From Ylistrum balloti (Eukaryota), in contig NW_026782053.1 in NCBI RefSeq assembly GCF_031769215.1, positions 1 through 64,000 of the forward strand: DNA of 64,000 nt, read 5' to 3'. A model generated the notes under the pieces. The model was not told the DNA's origin. It did no database searches and worked only from the letters and a program-made list of their open reading frames with translations. Positions 45,201 to 58,159 of the stretch are shown one piece after another. How positions within the stretch are numbered: position 1 is the first letter of the stretch; every line of letters starts with the position of its first letter. The position numbers and the translations under genes are program-made.

Positions 45201-45610
45201 ACACTTATTTAAAACACACGCAATCAAAGTGTCTATAAATAGAACCTGATGTCAAACAAAGTAGTATATACAGCATACATACACCTAACATATTACTCAT
45301 TTATTTAATCACTCAGAGGGGGTAAGTATAATTTTAATATCATGTTAACACCTTTATTACCTTTCAGTTCTCATTTTATCTGTATCTCGATGTCGGATTG
45401 CTTTTGTTGAACATTTCATCAAATTCATGCGATAAATATACTACTTTGTGAAAACTAAAATTATAACTGTTCACTTAAAACATAACATATGCTCTAAAAA
45501 GTAAAATACAATTTTTTTCATATTAAAATCAATAGTAAAATAACGCAATGTACATCACAATGTTTTATTTTTTCTCTTATATATTAATCATGTAAAATAA
45601 GCCACATCAA
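42300..45610. repeat. Mosaic of duplicated 85-250 bp blocks (about 1.5 kb unit plus internally deleted copies)
   Basis: Block A 42305-42556 / 43796-43985 / 44595-44748 / degenerate 44990-45130; B 42824-43045 / 43985-44209 / degenerate 45486-45610; C 43288-43532 / 44347-44591; D 43697-43782 / 44744-44828. Confidence 0.9.
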
Positions 45611-47429
45611 ATTAATAAAACAATATTTTAAAATATGTAATTATTTGTTATGACACATTTAATAATACTAACAATGTATAGAGAATATATTTCGTTGAAA
45701 CACTCCTATAACAATACTGTTTTGAATACACTTTTATATCTATTAAATTCGTAATGAAGATTTTATCTCAATTTCTAGACTTAGTTTCACGTAATCAACA
45801 GACACATCATGACGTGTGTTAGTATTTATAAACTCTTGAGGTTATTTACCGATACGTCCGCAGGGCTTAGAGAATAACATCTCTGTAAACTCATATCGAC
45901 ACGCCCAGTAAGTGTACAATAATGCAAATGGAATGCAGACATGCGCTATAAATGGAATGCAGACATGCGCTATTTCATCAAGTATCACATGGGGCGGGGA
46001 TGGAGGCGGGGCATCAATTGAAAATTGATACATATATTTAGCATGATTTCCCAAGTGCTTAACTTCTTTCAAATTAAATAGTTCTTACCTGAAGCGTATA
46101 ATGGGTGATCAGTCAGAAGTGTATGTTATTTCGTATACCTACAACACTAGTTTTGGTTACGTTTCAGAATAAGGAGGAAGACACGAATATCTATAGTATT
46201 TGTCTGTCTTAAATTAGTAAATGATCGATCTTCCATTTAACAAAATCGACAAATACAATCTAACTTTGAGCTAATCATCAATGATAATTATGAAAATATC
46301 AACTAAACAAAGGAAATAGTAAATGTCATTTTGTTTATACCGTAGGAAATATGGTAAATAATTGACAGTATAGAATAGGGTGGAAAAATACCTATGACTA
46401 CAAGGAAGCATGGTTCGTGTTTTTTTCCATATCTTTACTTCCTTTACCCACATGATTACAATTAAATGGGCTTGCTTGATAATAAACAGTACGCTATAAC
46501 AAACAAGAGGGTAGTTAAATATTATACCAAACTATGGCATTGCTTACATACACTAAGATTACTTTTTGGGGAAACTTTGATACCTAACCTCTTGATAATG
46601 CTAACTTACAACATGATATTAACACATTTTAGTGGGACAAAGTTCTATACTTACACACAGTAAACCTTACAACGGAAGTTTCAATTACACAATATTGCAT
46701 ATTCGACAGATCTTCATTGGTAAATTAAATTTAATTAAACAAGCAATGAGTGATCACTGATCAACATTATACTATGCTTTATATATTATTAAGATTGTGG
46801 TAATCGAAAAGCACGGATTTACCAAATAACATAGTCTATTTCACTCGTGATGTTCTAAAATAGTATATCTCTTCTTCGAATAATGTACACTATCCTGACA
46901 GATGTCATGCCTGAATGATTACACAACGCATATGTGTACACGAAATCGTTGTGTGTCACGTTGCATATGACTATGCTTGACCACGGAAATTAAATGTAAG
47001 GTTTGTTAAACGTTAACATCCCGGTCTTTTCACAGTCATTAAATATCCAACTTTATAAATATTTCATCAATCACCTCCTGACGTGTTCTAGAAGGACGGA
47101 ACAGCTGTATGATGTTGTTTAGTCCTTTGTTTTGCACTACCTAATCTCGCTTAAATTTGTATTGGAATGTGCTATTCAGTTGTCTGTCGTTTGAAAAGTT
47201 TTTCTTTAGGAAACTCCATCAAAAGACATGACTTGGCGGAAATGCCTACTCCTCCGAGTACAATGTTTAGGTATTATGGAAGAGGCACTTTCTCTAACCC
47301 GAAGACTCGAAAGCCTGTACTACGTGTTACGAATTCTAAGATATCTCGACTAGCGATTCGTGACCTGGTCTGTGATACTGTTGTGAGCGAAGAGCTTAGT
47401 GTGTCAAATTATAACCAAGCAAAATGAAA

Positions 47430-49310
47430 AGCTGTAAAGCTCAATCAGTCAAAGTAGCAAGCAATATCCTGTTCCATCAGACCTACTAACTAGCATTAAA
47501 CACATTAAACTTCATATCGCAAAAGAAATAGAAAATTCGTTATGAAGAACTTCACAGTTTTCATCAGCTCTTAATTTCTGCCTCTACTTATAATTATGGT
47601 CCAACTGGGCACATAGTAACTGGTGATTTAAGCATTGAACAAAATGTCAAGCTACATGAGCTTTGCCTGAAAGGTCCTAAATATTGTTAAACCCCTTTCG
47701 ATCATTGCAATGTGTATTTCAAAATACTTATGGATTCTGTTGAAAATTATATCAGTGAATGGGTGAAACGAGACCATGCTGCGTTGGATTCACTTTCTGA
47801 GCTGGTTAAGAACAGTCGGTTCGTCATTCGTAAAAGAATTTACAGCTTGAAATTGAAAATGAAAACAAAACACAGATCAGTTTTCCTAATGATGATGTTA
47901 AATCCATACTTCAAGATTTAAATGACAGGTATGTTATTGTGCTTGCAGATAAGGCGTCCAATAACTTGACCCTTGTCTGCAAACATGATTATATTTCCTG
48001 TACACAAAAAGAACCGGTCTTCCCTAATAACGTAGGGAAACCCGAAAGTACATTATGCAATCTTTCAAAAGACGAAACACCGGCCTATCATGCTTCGGTA
48101 TAACAATCATTTAGATTGCTTATTTATGATAAGAGTACGGACCTCCCCAGATTATACTGGATCCGTAAACTTCACAAAAACCATAAAAGCAACTTTTTAC
48201 AGCTGGTTCGTCTATTTGTTCAACCAAGCCTTTATCGAACCACTTATCTAATCTGGGTAATCTGTGATACTGTTTACTCAAGAAATGGAATTAATAGTAT
48301 CTGGATTTTGAAGAACTCCAATAAGCTTTGTTCAACACCCTCTTCTAAAAAACACTTACTCTAAAAGAACATTTGATTTTCCCTCCCTGTACACCAACAT
48401 ACCCCATTCTTCGTCTTCTTGTTATGCGAGCTTTCTTCTAAAAGAATGGTGAATGGTGATATAAATATATGGCTGTGAATCTTATTTCGTAAAACTTACG
48501 TCCAAATCATAGAAAAGATGAACGGAAGACGAAATCATAAAAATGATCGAGTTTTTGGTTGACAATATGTTCGTCGAGTAGTAAGATCTTCCATTAGAGA
48601 CTATTGGCTTACCTATGGGAACCAACTGCACACCTCTGTTGGCTATCATGTTTTTGTTTGTATACCAGGCTGAACTTATTTAATCTTATCAGGCCACAAA
48701 GACCTTGAAAAATTATTTAATTTCACCTTATATATTTATGACGACTTGTCTTTAAATAACAAGAAATTTATGGACTACGTCTATCGTATATATCCATCAG
48801 AACTGGAAATCAAAGATACGACAGACTCATCTGCATCAGCTGCTTATCTCGAGCTTTTCCTACAACACCAACCAGCTTTTCATCAAGTTGTATGATAAAC
48901 GTTATTATTTCAGTTTCCCTGTTGTGAATATTCCATTTCTGGATAGCAATATTCCTGCATCTCCAACCTATGGCATTTGCATGTCACAGTTGATTCGATG
49001 TTCCCATTATAACGATTTTCGTGCGAAAAGTCGTCAACTGACTGACAAACTCGTTACAAAAGGGTTCAAAAGATGAAGGTTGATGAAAATTATGGGAAGT
49101 TTTATGGTCGCTATAGTGATCTCATTCTTTTTCTTGGTGTGACATTAAGCTGGACCTATTTGATGTGCGTTGGTTTTCTTGTTGGTTTCGTTGTTGTTTA
49201 CCTTGTTCTCACTTGAGAACGTAATATTACTTACTTGGAGTAACCAAAGTTACATGGCGGATGTCCTCGATAAAGCAGAATACGCTTACTCTTCCGGGAC
49301 ACCTATTGTT
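47430..49310 (+). mobile_element. Decayed Penelope-like retroelement (RT), many stops and frameshifts
   Basis: Frame-broken segments GPTGHIVTGDL..LCLKGPKY, LADKASNN, LPRLYWIRKLHKN, TFDFPSLYTNIPH, GLPMGTNCTPLLA, YIYDDL, YPSELEIKDTT, YDKR..FPVVNIPFLDSNIPASPTYG. 3' motif 49248-49306. Assignment to the Naiad-type clade is inference. Confidence 0.8.
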
Positions 49311-49718
49311 AATCTCCTGGTACTTTTTCAGGAGTCTCCGTTTATTTATTCATATTTTCCTAGTTATGACTTATGAATTATAATTATGTTGCCATGTTGG
49401 TCTGTTCTTAATGTGTTTTAAGTTTATTTGCCATACGGTGTTCTTCTGATTTCAGTACCATTCCCTAATTGCCAAGAGAGAAAGTAAAGACCACTAATTT
49501 AAGACGGCTGTTTTAACTAAGCCTGTCCGTTCGATGCTACCACGCCTGCCATCACGGGTGAATTCAAAGATAAAGGAAGAACAGAACTCGGCAAAGCATT
49601 GGTTTGATTTACTACGACTTCGTATGATTTTTGGTTTCCTTTGCTTTGATCAGGCGTGTGAACAGGTTTATTAAACTAAATGACACCGTACTATCAAGTG
49701 ATCTCTACCTCGTAAAAT

Positions 49719-52700
49719 ATGAACATGGCAGATTCATATTCAAGTTGTAGTATTCCTCATACTTTCCATCCGTCCATGGTAAACAACCCGAACCCAAACG
49801 AGACGAATCCTGAGTTTGTAAAGAGTTCTGATGACATTGAAAAATGTACGGCATGCCATAAAATACTATGGGACCCCTTTCAGTTACCCTGCGGTCATCA
49901 TGTGTGTCCTGTCGGCTTAGATCGTGTACTTGAAGAAGGGCGTTGCTTGGTGATGGATTGCAAACTTCCATGTAGTTCAAATCAGGTAGAATGGAAGAAA
50001 GTGCANNNNNNNNNNNNNNNNNNNNNNNNNNNNNNNNNNNNNNNNNNNNNNNNNNNNNNNNNNNNNNNNNNNNNNNNNNNNNNNNNNNNNNNNNNNNNNN
50101 NNNNNNNNNNNNNNNNNNNNNNNNNNNNNNNNNNNNNNNNNNNNNNNNNNNNNNNNNNNNNNNNNNNNNNNNNNNNNNNNNNNNNNNNNNNNNNNNNNNN
50201 NNNNNNNNNNNNNNNNNNNNNNNNNNNNNNNNNNNNNNNNNNNNNNNNNNNNNNNNNNNNNNNNNNNNNNNNNNNNNNNNNNNNNNNNNNNNNNNNNNNN
50301 NNNNNNNNNNNAGTACTCCGCTTTTGAACTAAAATGCATAAAGCAAAATCAAATAATTTTGAAAAGAAAAGTTTTCTCGACGATAAACGTAAAATTCAGA
50401 AATATGAAGTTAAGAAGAAATAAATTACTTAAATTGAAAACATACATGTTCAGGCTTTAAAACGTTCAGCCCTGCCTCTAAAATAGTCCGTCTACATTAC
50501 AGATATTTGCAGATGCATGCAAACGAAGAGAAATTGGAAGTTTAGAAGTGAGATGCGGATATCAGGCTTGCAAGAAAATAATAAAGTGGAAAGAGCTTGA
50601 GGTTTGTTTCGCAAAAAGTGCATTAAATCACATGATGTGATATTTGGCCGATAAGTATAGTTGATATACATCATAAATGTTTGGAAAAAAACGTTTTAAC
50701 GCTGAGATCAACATTTTTATTTTGGATAAAAATATATATATATTAATTTTCTTGTCGTAATCATATCTAAGGCAATGATGAAACTTCCGTGATGACAACC
50801 AATTATTGTTTCACTTTCCGTTGATTAATATTTTCAGCTGGTAAATTATTTGCTTGGTTACAGAAACACATGGAGTCATGCGAATACAGAGAAGTGACTT
50901 GTGATAAATGCTGTGAATTGGTCAAGATGTATAACATGGAAAAGCACCTTGATGAAGATTGTGTTCAGAGGATTCTTCACTGCCCAGAGGGATGTGGATA
51001 TTCCACATCTGCCATCAACATGTCGGTAGGTCGACACTCATCAGAACAAATGTACTATATACTTTGTCAATACAATTTCTACCATAAAAGAAATATTTTG
51101 TGACAAAATTTATTCAGCCTGTTTTCTGTCAAGCAATACGGTTTATCAGGTGAGGTGAAAACGATGACGAAACAAACTTTCCAGATCTCTGGAAACAAAA
51201 GGTAAAGAATGCATAGTCAGTGTCTTAAAATATCAGCTATATTTTGGCGTGGGTGAAGAAAAACAAAGGTGGCGAGCCTTTGGAGAGCAACTTTCGTCTT
51301 TTTGCCCCGAGTATATAGTTTATATTTAAGACACTGACCGTGTGTTCTGTTTATCCTGTAACAATAATTGAAAATTCAGACAATCGAAACTTCAGCAGTT
51401 GGTTAAGTCTGTTCAATGTCTGTTTACCTGTTGAACTTATGCTGAATTGTACCTTTTGACGCACGTCACAATTACTCCGATGGATGAAAAAGGCAATTAA
51501 ACTTGTTTGTTATAACAAAGAAAATCCCTTATGTAAACAGTTAATCATATTTTCAAACGAACTGTCCAAGTAAATCAGCAAGTACTTCTGTAGAATTAAT
51601 ATAGCTTTTTCCCGTCACTACCGAATGCAACAAATAAATGTGATAGGTGTATTCAAACCATGGCAGCGCAGTTGCAGGAAAAGGGCTATTATTTGAGTAA
51701 GCCAATCACCATTATTGCCTTATTATAATATCGTTAAACAGCCTTTTCATTTCCATTCAGCAAAGTCAATTGCAATTAGGTAATGCAAATGCGTTAGTAA
51801 CCATCTATTTTAAGCTATCAATTATTAACACACAGCTTATATTTTCATTTTTGACAAAGGAACACCTATCGGATGAATGTCCAAATGTCATTCTAAGCTG
51901 TCCAAACGAATGCGGAATGACACAAGCGTCCCGAGAGCAGGTGAGCAAACGAAAAAGTAAAATAAAGTTCTGTTGAGATTAATAGCAACGTACCAACTAA
52001 TAGACCTTAATATACATTTGAGCAAAGGACACATTACTTAATTTCTGCGGAAAATCCATACTACAAAAGTATCTTGAAATGTCAGAATTCTTCAATGTAA
52101 GGTATCAAAGATTACAAGTGAAATACGACAATACTTAGTAAGCTAACTATCATTGAACATTGTTTGCTTTAAATAAACATATGTCATTATTCCAGTAGTG
52201 TCAAACTATACCAGACGTGATTATATAGCCCACCAGAAGGTCAAAGTTCACGTTTCCATCAGGTTTGATCTGTATTTCTCGTGTGTTTGATTATATTATA
52301 ACAATGAGCTGTTAAATCAAACAGTGAATACGGTCGTCAACAAACATTCCTTTTATCAAGATAAAGAACCCGATACAACAATGCATGTCTTTTGTCAGAC
52401 CTTTTGTCAGACCTTTTGTCAGAACAACACGCTCGCATTACATCCATGTAAATTTGTATCAAGAGACCGTCACGAATTCCTCTTATTTCGCAATTTTTTC
52501 AAAACCCTTGAAACAATACGATGTTATTATCTATGCTCCAAACATAATTCAATATCTTAAACTAGAAAAAAAAATTATGCAATGTTATATAATCATTTAC
52601 CATCTCTTTTCACATTAATTTTTGTTTAAGCCGATTTATTTCTACTGGAAAGAGAATATTGGCATATTTCATTTACATTTTCTATTTCGATGAAGAAGAC

Positions 52701-55700
52701 ACTTTCTTTTTCGAAAATCTGGCTTCATTATTCAAATACTATTCAGGAGTTAATCGACTATCATATTGAATGATGATTCCGAAAACGTTTCTTTTTTTCT
52801 AAAATAACATTTAACATTTATAAGGTTTGAAATTTTTAAAACCCTGAACACAATTTGTTTCCTCATTATACCTGTTCCGTTTTAGAGACAGATTGTTATG
52901 GCAGACTGTATGCACTATACATGATGTCTATTCATACACAGCATTATTTATTTCCCAGCAGCGTTTGTTAACCTTTGTATCTATACGTGTCCATTTCGAT
53001 AGAGACAATCGAAATATGTTGACTAAAAAAAGAAAAGAGGCTACTTTCATAAGAGAGTTCATAGCAATGAGCAAAAATGAGAGTGATTACTTTCGTAAGT
53101 TAGTTACTTGCAATGAATACAACATACAAGATAACACTCATATTGGAGTTATTGAAAAAGACCAAAACTTTACTGATTTATTTGCAGTTAAGAAATCATG
53201 TCACTGAATGCCCATTAAGAAGAGTTGCATGTCGATTCAAAGATGTCGGATGCCCATTTGAGGTATTATAAGCATGATTACAAAGCATTACTTGATTATA
53301 GTGATATATTTATGCGATACGGATACACATTTAACGAAATACTATTGAATTAATATGTTATATAAGAATATGTCGTTGATATCTGAGGCCCTGAAATACA
53401 AAGGTGATTTTAAACCATTCAAGAAATAGTGGATAACAATGTTGAAATATATTTCAATCAGTTAAAAANNNNNNNNNNNNNNNNNNNNNNNNNNNNNNNN
53501 NNNNNNNNNNNNNNNNNNNNNNNNNNNNNNNNNNNNNNNNNNNNNNNNNNNNNNNNNNNNNNNNNNNNNNNNNNNNNNNNNNNNNNNNNNNNNNNNNNNN
53601 NNNNNNNNNNNNNNNNNNNNNNNNNNNNNNNNNNNNNNNNNNNNNNNNNNNNNNNNNATTAACCTTTTCTTTGTATTAAAATATATAATTCATTACAGGG
53701 TCTGAACGATGACATTCACAAACATTCGGAAGACGCCGTACCCTATCATTTGGAACTGATCGCCTTACGTGAAGAAGCAGTCGAAAATGTCACGAGGAGT
53801 CACATTGATGACATGAAGGTACATGATACCGTCAACCTCCATATACTAAGAGTAACACTTCATACTGAGTTTTCGAAATCAAAACCTGCCGAAAAGATCT
53901 AAAGATAAATACCTATCACGAATACCTGAGGACCAAAATTTGTAAAATTCAGTCTACCAGTTCCCAGGTTTAGAGAAGAAACGGTAAGAACTCATTAAAA
54001 ATAATTTGTACTTAATCTCATCTATATATATCTCCTTTATGAATTGCAATGCTAGTAGGCAAATAAACCAGCTTTGCAATGAAATTCTGTTCTTGTTGTT
54101 AATTAACACTAAATGCAAATCAGATCCCAATACTAGTACATTTATGTAAAGTAATAATTTGTACATGTGATGGAACGGACTAAAACATCGGATTATATAT
54201 ATGCGTACAGTTAACGATTGAACAAATACTGAGACAAGGGCAGGAGGTGAAGAAGATAAAAGATGAAAATGAAAAACTGAAGAAAGATTGCCAGATTAAC
54301 AGGAAATCAATACAGGACTTGAAGGTATGTTTGATCTACAAGAGAGCAGAACACACCCTAAATACCATATACATTTACAGCGCTACATTTCTGTACTACG
54401 CTATTGTCTTGTTTACAGTGCCTTGATATTGTTTCTTTATTAATATGTAACTTGATGCAGAATATGTAATATTGCATAAAACTCATTTACAAAATTTAAG
54501 TATCAAAGATCGTATCTGTATCTTAAAACAGTCGTTTTAAGAGATATTTCGGCTATGTATATAGTTGATATACATCATAAATGTTTGCAAAAACGTTTCC
54601 ATGGCATCATGAATGTTTATTCATTTCTTTACAATTTCGTTAAATATTGCTATATGTACATGTGTATTTGTGTTAATGAGTGTCAAAGATGTCAAGCTAG
54701 GAATATGACTTTCTGGAGTCGCAACAAGCCTTCTTTTTATACTGTAGATGAAAAGAAATCTATACATTTAATCGGTTTCCTGCAGTTAAAGATTGATGTT
54801 TTTTTTCAATATAGGTTTATTTGTTAATATCCTAACATTTTCAATGTATTACCTGTCTTCCAATTACTGATACATTTCTTATCACATGGTGATATATTTG
54901 GGACGGGCGTTTTGGGTTGAAGAGAAACACATAAAAATGGTACCATGAAAGCAAGATAACCGCTATAATTTGTGTTAAATATATCCTACATATATAGTTG
55001 TAGTAAAAACTCGTGTCCTTCATCCAAATAATAATATACTTTATCTTTTTCACATCAATGGCGAGACAGATTGTTTCAACATATACTTATTACTCTTATG
55101 GACCTAGATGTAAGCGCGCGGGTAGGAAAAACTGAATGCCGGGAAAAGCCACATGGTCGGGCAAGTGACTCCCTTAGCTTTCCACGCCCCTTAATCGAAC
55201 CCAGAAAACTATGTGAGAGCAATTGCATTACCACTACGTCACCCGACCACCTAAATCAGTTACAACATTGAAACTATGAATATTAAAATTTGAACAAGGA
55301 TATATTTCAAAATTGAATATTTCGCTTTCAAATGTTTTCATTATTGTTCTAAAGTTCTGTTTTAAATTCCTTCTAATTGAAAACCATTTCATTTTTCGAT
55401 TATGTACCCTTTTGACATGATGCAACACTGCACATTGTTCAATGCAGAAAGTGCTGGTGACGCAAGGAGAAAAAGTTATCGTCAACGAAAGGCATCTTCA
55501 GGAAAAGGCCAGTACAGATGGAGCAGAAAAGATCAAAAGTGAACTTTCAGCTGTTAAAGATATGATAGATGGGACTAAACAGAGACTAGAGACCGTGGAG
55601 AGAGCGACAGGATCCGTTGGCCAGAACAGAGGTGAGATTTTAAGGCTATATTTCAGATCTAAACTATCATTCTGCTTGTTGGATGGCGCGCCGAGTTAAT

Positions 55701-56935
55701 GAATTCGCCCTTTTTAGTTCGGGTTTTACGATCGGACTTGAAAGTTATAGGATCTATCCGATTATGTGGATATTACCCGGAATTCTGGTGTCCCCTTCCG
55801 GTAAGTTTTTCCAGATTGATTCATTACGGGACTACAAAATGCGTTGATATAAACCGTCATACAATGCAGTAAAATACATGTTTCGTAACCAGTAAAAACA
55901 AACCAGGTTTACTTGGTCCACTGTGACAGACATGTAAAGATAATAATGATACCGTTATTAAATGGTTGAAAATAGACCATTTTGGATTATGAGAGAACTA
56001 TCTTGCAAGATCATTGGAGTAGTAATAATAAGCAATGTGACAAAAATATAAGCTTTGTTTCAGTAAATGCATGACATAAGGATTTTGGTTAGTTTTGACT
56101 TCCAAAATGATAATTTACATTACTTAGGTTTACTTTTCTTTCCCTTTTTTTTCTTCGACAGAACAGTTTTTGTTAGAATCATCGACAATTTTGATTTTAC
56201 CGATTTGTCGATGCAGTGATAAGGGATCATATCGATGTGTATTTGATTTATTCTTTGAAATACATATTTTTATAATACGTCTCATCACCTATTTTGTGAT
56301 TAAGTCATTAACTTTGCGATCAGACGAAATCTTGATATCAAAGATTAGCTTTGCATTTCGTTGTAGACGGTAACGCAGTGGAGCGCGCTGAAAAGCAAGT
56401 CCGACTAATGGACGTAAGAGTTTGCGAAATAGATTTACGATTGCAGCTCTTTGAGACCATAAACTACAATGGTGTCCTCATGTGGAAGATCCGAGACTAC
56501 AGACGTCGGAAAATGGAGGCAGTGAATGGTAGGACACTGTCGTTGTACAGTCAACCGTTCTATACCAGTCAGTATGGTTACAAACTTTGCGGGCGGGTGT
56601 ACCTGAATGGCGACGGAACAGGTAAAGGTGCATATCTATCGTTCTTCGTAGTAGTTATGAAGGGGGATTTTGATGCCCTTCTACCGTGGCCATTCATGTT
56701 ACCTGTCACCTTCATGCTTCTGGATCAAAATGGTACGGGTCTACACGAGCGTGAATCGTTCACGCCAAACCCTACCAGTAACAGTTTCCATAAGCCAACG
56801 ACAGAGATGAATGTCGCGTGCGGCGTACCACGCTTCGTATCTCACACAAAGCTAGAAAGCGATACATACCTGAAGGAAGATATCGTATTCTTAAGGATAG
56901 TCGTGGATTGTACCAATGCAAATTACCAATATTAA
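49719..56935 (+). CDS. TRAF3: TRAF3-like protein, full length (RING, zinc fingers, coiled coil, MATH), 9 exons, about 556 aa
   Basis: Exons 49719-49985, 50503-50601, 50864-51025, 51860-51940, 53188-53262, 53699-53818, 54211-54324, 55448-55631, 56367-56935 (1671 nt, phases consistent; two N gaps lie in introns). MATH start YNGVLMWKIRDYRRRKMEAVNGRTLSLYSQPFYTS closely resembles vertebrate TRAF3 YNGVLIWKIRDYKRRKQEAVMGKTLSLYSQPFYT. Confidence 0.9.
50006..50311. other. Assembly gap (N run)
   Basis: Run of N. Confidence 1.
53469..53657. other. Assembly gap (N run)
   Basis: Run of N. Confidence 1.
55045..55251 (-). mobile_element. tRNA-derived SINE, diverged copy of the 33542 family, in a TRAF3 intron
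   Basis: On -: A-box TGACGTAGTGG (55231-55241), B-box GGTTCGATTAA (55191-55201), then GGAGTCACTTGCCCGACC, matching GGAGTCACCTGCCCGACC in the 33.6 kb copy. Confidence 0.75.
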
Positions 56936-58159
56936 AGTAACCCGGTCTTACTAGAGATATTAATCCATAAATACATTAATCCCAACTAGATGAACTTCAC
57001 AGTCTCGCACCATAACATGTCCTATTGATTCTGACTACCTAACACAGAATATATACTCGATATTTTAAATTGAAGTATAACATACCACTTGCTATAGCTT
57101 CTCTCAAAAGTCATACTAACCTAACATAACGTAACCACGCCTTCCCAAACTATTATCATTGCCAAGACGTTTAAATTGATTTTTTAGAAAACAAAATTGA
57201 AAATTTGACGTTTCGTTCTTCAGATATCAATTGTCAACATTGTAATATTGGACAGGGTTTTGGGACCAGGACCGAGACCGGGCACGGTGTACGCCAGTGA
57301 TCGGCATCAAAAAAGTAAAAAAGGCGGTGGTTGGGGAAAATGTTATTTCTACAGTGTACGAAAAACAACAATATCAAAGGGATTATGTGTAGACACGGTC
57401 ATGAGTACTGTATAACGCTACAAGCTTAGTTTTTTGCAATTTCTGCACAGTTATTGAGGTATCCGTTAGAGACGAGATCGGTTTTCAACCAGACGGTGAG
57501 ATGTCTACATCATCATTTTCTACATATATTTCCGATTTTGTCATGTCATAACCTACTCAATACTAAGCCATTATCGTTCATCCAACACTCATTGGAAAGG
57601 TCTACCTTGAATATTTTCAAGCATGTATTTTTTTTAATTGCTCAGTATTCCCTTCTCGAGAGTTGCAACCTTTGTCACTATAATACATATATGGACCATG
57701 GGTTGGGAATTCGTGTCAAATCCCTTGGGACAGATATACAAAACTGATATTGCCTTCTCTAGCCTATTCAGACCCTTTCGTTCGAATCTTTAGGTTAAGA
57801 CAATACTATAATACCAGGAACCGTCTTCTAAAAATATTGCATATCAAGACTTTATATACACGTCCCATTCCATAAAAGGGGGTGCAGGTCGCGTCCTCAT
57901 GTCGCGAGAAGGGTGACATGTGTCTTCGATGTGACTAGACCTGGCATTAGAAAGAGTCACAGAGATGAAAATGTACCTGACTATAATCTATCTGCCTAAT
58001 AACGTAGGTCCAACACCAAGAATACAACACAAGTAACCTTGATCAGAGTTGTCATATTAACTATATCGAAGTTGTTATTTTTACTGAGTTAAAATGACAA
58101 ACATTTATTTATATTTCCGTCGTTAAAGTTTATAAAGACGTATTGCACTGCAACAAAAT

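Noticed and set aside
14180-49310. Hammerhead ribozyme or selenocysteine read-through in the Penelope-like elements
   Set aside because: No intact hammerhead core seen by eye. The copies contain TAA/TAG stops and frameshifts as well, so TGA codons are best explained by decay.
45924-52420. Short local tandem duplications (24 bp x2 near 45927, 13 bp x3 near 52386; also 16 bp x2 near 21278)
   Set aside because: Ordinary slippage products with no associated structure.
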